From the NCBI RefSeq assembly GCF_004010195.1, contig NC_057757.1:5900693-5940734 (forward strand): DNA of 40,042 bases, in the 5' to 3' direction. The notes below the pieces were generated by a model, which saw only the letters and a program-made list of their open reading frames with translations, made no database searches and was not told the DNA's origin. The translations under genes were made by a program, and so were the position numbers. This stretch comes from Chiloscyllium plagiosum. Its lineage: Eukaryota. Of the stretch, positions 35,397-40,042 are shown piece by piece; the stretch's first letter is position 1; each line of letters opens with the position of its first letter.

Positions 35397-36111
35397 TGTG
35401 TCCTGACAAATGCAAGTTGAAAAACTTTGCAGGTTGTGAGAGAGAGAGAGACAAAAGTATTCCACAGATTCCACGTTTGGAAACTGTGCCTGTGGGTGAC
35501 GTGCGATTGCAAAAGATAGTGCATGCAATGGGTCTTGTTTTTTTTTTGTGAAAAGGGGATATTTCCAGAAATGGCTTTGTGCGTTCAATCCCTCTGTGTG
35601 CTGCAGCGTTGTCATGGTTATGACACCTCAGGCACTCACCGCACAGAGTAACCAACACTCTGTTAGCTATTTGCGGTTGTTCTGTGGAGCTGGCCATAAT
35701 GGTTCATTGGCCATGAGGGCACCTGGGAGGGCTAAGCGATGAGGCAGCTCGGTTTAAACCAGGAGCTCCTCCCGACTCCCTCAGAGACAGAATGACACAC
35801 CGTCCTCGCGACGGGAAACGAGCAGGATTCCTGCTGAATAAAGCATAAAACGAAATGACTGTGGCAGTGAATTAGCCCTTTAATGAGTGAGCATCCTTCA
35901 GAAGCTTCCAGTAAGTTGGGCCGAGCTGAGGCACCTTCCTTTTGAAGAATTTCAGTGCAATGTTCCCGGTACCTGACCCAGTTCTGAGAACCAGAGGGCG
36001 CCGCAGTCACCAGTGACTGGGGGAAGCTACAACTCAGAGACTGAGCTATCAGTCAGGAGTGTGTCCTACAGCAACAGACAGAATGAGGACAGGTCCACCT
36101 CACATTCCAGA

Positions 36112-36276
36112 AACACACACACACACACACGCACACAACCGAGCAGTGAGAACCTGTACTGTCTACAGTGAGAGCACAGTCTGTACACACACACAACCGA
36201 GCAGTGAGAACCTGTACTGTCTACAGTGAGAGCACAGTCTGTATACACACACACACACAACCGAGCAGTGAGAACC
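36112..36276 (+). repeat. ~58-62-bp tandem repeat running into a gap
   Basis: Unit (ac)n aaccgagcagtgagaacctgtactgtctacagtgagagcacagtctgt. Confidence 0.9.
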
Positions 36277-36776
36277 NNNNNNNNNNNNNNNNNNNNNNNN
36301 NNNNNNNNNNNNNNNNNNNNNNNNNNNNNNNNNNNNNNNNNNNNNNNNNNNNNNNNNNNNNNNNNNNNNNNNNNNNNNNNNNNNNNNNNNNNNNNNNNNN
36401 NNNNNNNNNNNNNNNNNNNNNNNNNNNNNNNNNNNNNNNNNNNNNNNNNNNNNNNNNNNNNNNNNNNNNNNNNNNNNNNNNNNNNNNNNNNNNNNNNNNN
36501 NNNNNNNNNNNNNNNNNNNNNNNNNNNNNNNNNNNNNNNNNNNNNNNNNNNNNNNNNNNNNNNNNNNNNNNNNNNNNNNNNNNNNNNNNNNNNNNNNNNN
36601 NNNNNNNNNNNNNNNNNNNNNNNNNNNNNNNNNNNNNNNNNNNNNNNNNNNNNNNNNNNNNNNNNNNNNNNNNNNNNNNNNNNNNNNNNNNNNNNNNNNN
36701 NNNNNNNNNNNNNNNNNNNNNNNNNNNNNNNNNNNNNNNNNNNNNNNNNNNNNNNNNNNNNNNNNNNNNNNNNNNN

Positions 36777-37845
36777 GATACAGGGCTATGGGGAAAGAGT
36801 GGGGCCGTGGGATGAGTTTGGGGATTGATACAGGGCTATGGGGAGAGAGTGGTGCAGTGGGATTAGTTTGGGGATTGATACAGGGCTATGGGGAGGGAGA
36901 GCGGGGACAGTGGGATTAGTTTGGGGATTGCTACAGAGCTCGGGGGAGAGAGCGGGGCAGTGGGATTAGTTTGGGGATTGATACAGGGCTATGGGGAGAG
37001 AGAGCTGGCACAGTGGGATTAGTTTGGGGATTGATACAGGGCTATGGGGANNNNNNNNNNNNNNNNNNNNNNNNNNNNNNNNNNNNNNNNNNNNNNNNNN
37101 NNNNNNNNNNNNNNNNNNNNNNNNNNNNNNNNNNNNNNNNNNNNNNNNNNNNNNNNNNNNNNNNNNNNNNNNNNNNNNNNNNNNNNNNNNNNNNNNNNNN
37201 NNNNNNNNNNNNNNNNNNNNNNNNNNNNNNNNNNNNNNNNNNNNNNNNNNNNNNNNNNNNNNNNNNNNNNNNNNNNNNNNNNNNNNNNNNNNNNNNNNNN
37301 NNNNNNNNNNNNNNNNNNNNNNNNNNNNNNNNNNNNNNNNNNNNNNNNNNNNNNNNNNNNNNNNNNNNNNNNNNNNNNNNNNNNNNNNNNNNNNNNNNNN
37401 NNNNNNNNNNNNNNNNNNNNNNNNNNNNNNNNNNNNNNNNNNNNNNNNNNNNNNNNNNNNNNNNNNNNNNNNNNNNNNNNNNNNNNNNNNNNNNNNNNNN
37501 NNNNNNNNNNNNNNNNNNNNNNNNNNNNNNNNNNNNNNNNNNNNNNNNNNNNNNNNNNNNNNNNNNNNNNNNNNNNNNNNNNNNNNNNNNNNNNNNNNNN
37601 NNNNNNNNNNNNNNNNNNNNNNNNNNNNNNNNNNNNNNNNNNNNNNNNNNNNNNNNNNNNNNNNNNNNNNNNNNNNNNNNNNNNNNNNNNNNNNNNNNNN
37701 NNNNNNNNNNNNNNNNNNNNNNNNNNNNNNNNNNNNNNNNNNNNNNNNNNNNNNNNNNNNNNNTGATACAGGGCTATGGGGAGAGAGAGTGGGGGGCAGT
37801 TGTATTAGTTTGGGGACTGATACAGGGCTATGGGGAGAGAGAGTG
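36777..37845 (+). repeat. ~50-bp minisatellite spanning a gap
   Basis: Unit gatacagggctatggggagagagcggggcagtgggattagtttggggatt. Confidence 0.92.
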
Positions 37846-38074
37846 ATACTGTGTTTTTCCACAACCACATCTTTTGACTGTAGAGTGATGCAGCCAGTCT
37901 CCTCATCAGAGGAAGGGTGTCCTGGTGATGGAGGGAGTGCAATGAAGCTTTTCCAGACTGATCCCTGGGCACGGCAGGACTGACGAATGAAGAGAGATGG
38001 GATTGGTTTGGGATATAGTCACTGGAGTTTTGGATGAATGTGGTTGGTTGGGGGGAGTGGCGGGGTGGGGTGGG

Positions 38075-38435
38075 AGGGTATGGGTAACCTCAATGAAATC
38101 TATAAAATTCAACAGGACTAGACAGGGGCAAAATCAGGAAGGGTGTTCCTGATGACCAGGGAATCCAGAACTGAGATAAGGATAGGGAATAAGCCAATGA
38201 GGACCAAGATGAGGAGAAATGTCTTTACCCAGAGAGTGGGGAGCCTGGGAGATTCTAGAAAGTGGTTGAGGGTGGAACATTGAATGCTTAGCGGAAGGAG
38301 GCAGATATTCCTCTCAGGGTTAAGACGATCAAAGGCTATGGGGGGGAGTGGGGAGAAAGTGAAACCAGGGTATTGAGTTCAATGATCGTATTGAATGGGG
38401 CAGCATTCTCAAAGGGCTGAACGGCCGACTTTTAT
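38075..38435 (+). mobile_element. Old CR1 3' fragment
   Basis: Decayed GNLNEIYKI..GLDR, MRRNVFTQRV and a gggctgaacggccgact tail. Confidence 0.7.
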
Positions 38436-39104
38436 TTTCAACGTTTCTGTGCAGGACCCGAGTCAGAGATGAAAAGCTCGCCACCGAACAGGGCGTTCCG
38501 CACTGCTTCACTGTCACTGAGGTACTGGCCGAACGGTGGCTGCTGTGACGTCGGCAGCCAAATTGCGCACAGCAAGATCCCACGGCCGGCGGCCTTGTTC
38601 GCGGGGTAGAGTTTGACCCACCTCCCTCCCCGTCCAGAAAAGCTGAGAGGACTTCCCATCCCCCCACTCACCCGGCTCCCACCAACTCCGAGACCACGAC
38701 CTCCTCCCTCCACCGCCCCCTCCCCCACCTCTATAAAAGTGGCCTCTTTTTTTTGGGAACGTCCCGCCAAGAGAGTGACATTCCGGTTTTGGGGATTCGG
38801 GAACGCATCCGATCGCTGGCGGCCAGAGGACTTTCTTTGCCACGGGTTTTGAAGTCGTGGGGATCACCTTCCTCAGCCCCGTCCTGAACACCACTGTTGT
38901 GTGTTCACCGTAATTTAACCGGCTCAGTCCAGAGCCCACGATCAATTTCCTCACATCGTCTCGTCAAGGGTCCCTGATATGTCAGGCCAACAGGACCTCT
39001 CCTGCAGTACCGTGTCCCGTTCTGGTCACGAAGGGTGTTATTAACCTGGAGAGGCTTCAGGTTATCCGGAGATGTTATCGGGAACGGAAGGTTTGATTTA
39101 CCAG

Positions 39105-39482
39105 GAGAGGCTAGAATTTTCTTCACTGGAGGGTGAGGGGGTGACCTTAACAGAGGGTTTACAAAACCATGAGGGGGTATAGATAAGGTAAATGGCAGCT
39201 GTCTTTTCCCTAGGGTGGGGCAGATTCAAGGTCAGAGGAGATAAGTTTAAGAAAGACCTCAAAGCAACAGGAAGGCCTACTTTTATAAACAGAGGGTGGC
39301 TCACGTGTGGAATAAATACTCAGAGGAAGTGATGGATGCAGTTTAATAGACATTTGGATGGATACATAAATAGGAGAGGTTTGGAGGGATATGGGCCAGG
39401 AGAAAGCAGGTGGAACGAGTTTATTTTGAGATTGTGGACTGGTTGGACCAAAGGGTCTGTTGCTACACTGCATGACTTTATA
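39105..39482 (+). mobile_element. CR1 3' fragment
   Basis: gagggggtgaccttaacagagggtttacaaaaccatgagggg ... gagggatatgggcc ... aagggtctgtt. Confidence 0.8.
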
Positions 39483-40000
39483 ACTAGCCTGGGTAAGGGG
39501 GAGGGGAGTTAATACTGCAGACTTGGTCAACGTGAGGCTTCAAGAGGCATTTGATGCAAACTTATGAGGAAGGTTTTGATGAACGTGTGGAGGCGATGTA
39601 AAATAAAAGGTTATAACTCCGAAGGGTGAGGAGCGGGAGCAGAGGGAATGAGGAGGGATCGAGGGTTTGGAAGAGGGACAGGTGGTGCATAGCCCATTAA
39701 AGGTGGCAGGAGAGAGAGCACAGCCTCAGATAAAGCGGCACTCCCTCAACTCTGGCACTGCCTCGGGTCCGAGCTCAAGGTTACGCGCCAGCACTCGAAG
39801 CCCCGAGACTGTCAGACGCAGGGATGGGAGAGAGTGGCAGCTACTGAGCCAGCAAAATAGCTCTACACTCAACCCTCAGCCCAGGCAAGGAATGCGTGTC
39901 CCCTTTAAAAGAGGATCCCTCCTGAGCCCTCCCTCAGAGCAGGAATAGGAGTGATTTCTGATGCCAGTCAGTTAGTTTCCCTCACCTCCTTTCCCCGAAT

Positions 40001-40002
<2 letters not shown>

Positions 40003-40042
<40 letters not shown>
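40003..40042 (+). repeat. Poly-C tract at window end
   Basis: Directly visible. Confidence 0.9.

Noticed and set aside
38329..38954. Overlapping minus-strand ORFs as upstream FGF11 exons
   Set aside because: No FHF motifs (PQLKGIVT, LFNLIPVGLRVV) appear in the translations I examined.

Overview
Gapped, repeat-dense vertebrate genomic DNA, almost certainly from an elasmobranch (shark or ray), judged from HE1-type V-SINEs and CR1/HER1-type LINEs. The only host protein-coding sequence I can support is the last two coding exons of an intracellular FGF (FHF) gene, most likely FGF11, on the minus strand: 27283-27481 and 22287-22420, with a probable 3'UTR running to an AATAAA at 20288-20293. The ORF track misses both exons. 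The rest is CR1, L1, Tx1 and L2/CR1-group LINE fragments, SINEs, Penelope-like elements carrying minimal hammerhead-ribozyme motifs, minisatellites and N gaps. The most notable oddities are a tRNA-Pro(AGG)-like gene with an 18-nt insertion at the canonical 37/38 intron site, several hammerhead-bearing mini-insertions flanked by direct repeats, and a 400-bp foldback inverted repeat in the last FGF11 intron. I see no convincing novel multi-gene system. Repeat family names come from recognition of motifs, not from database searches, and repeat boundaries are approximate.
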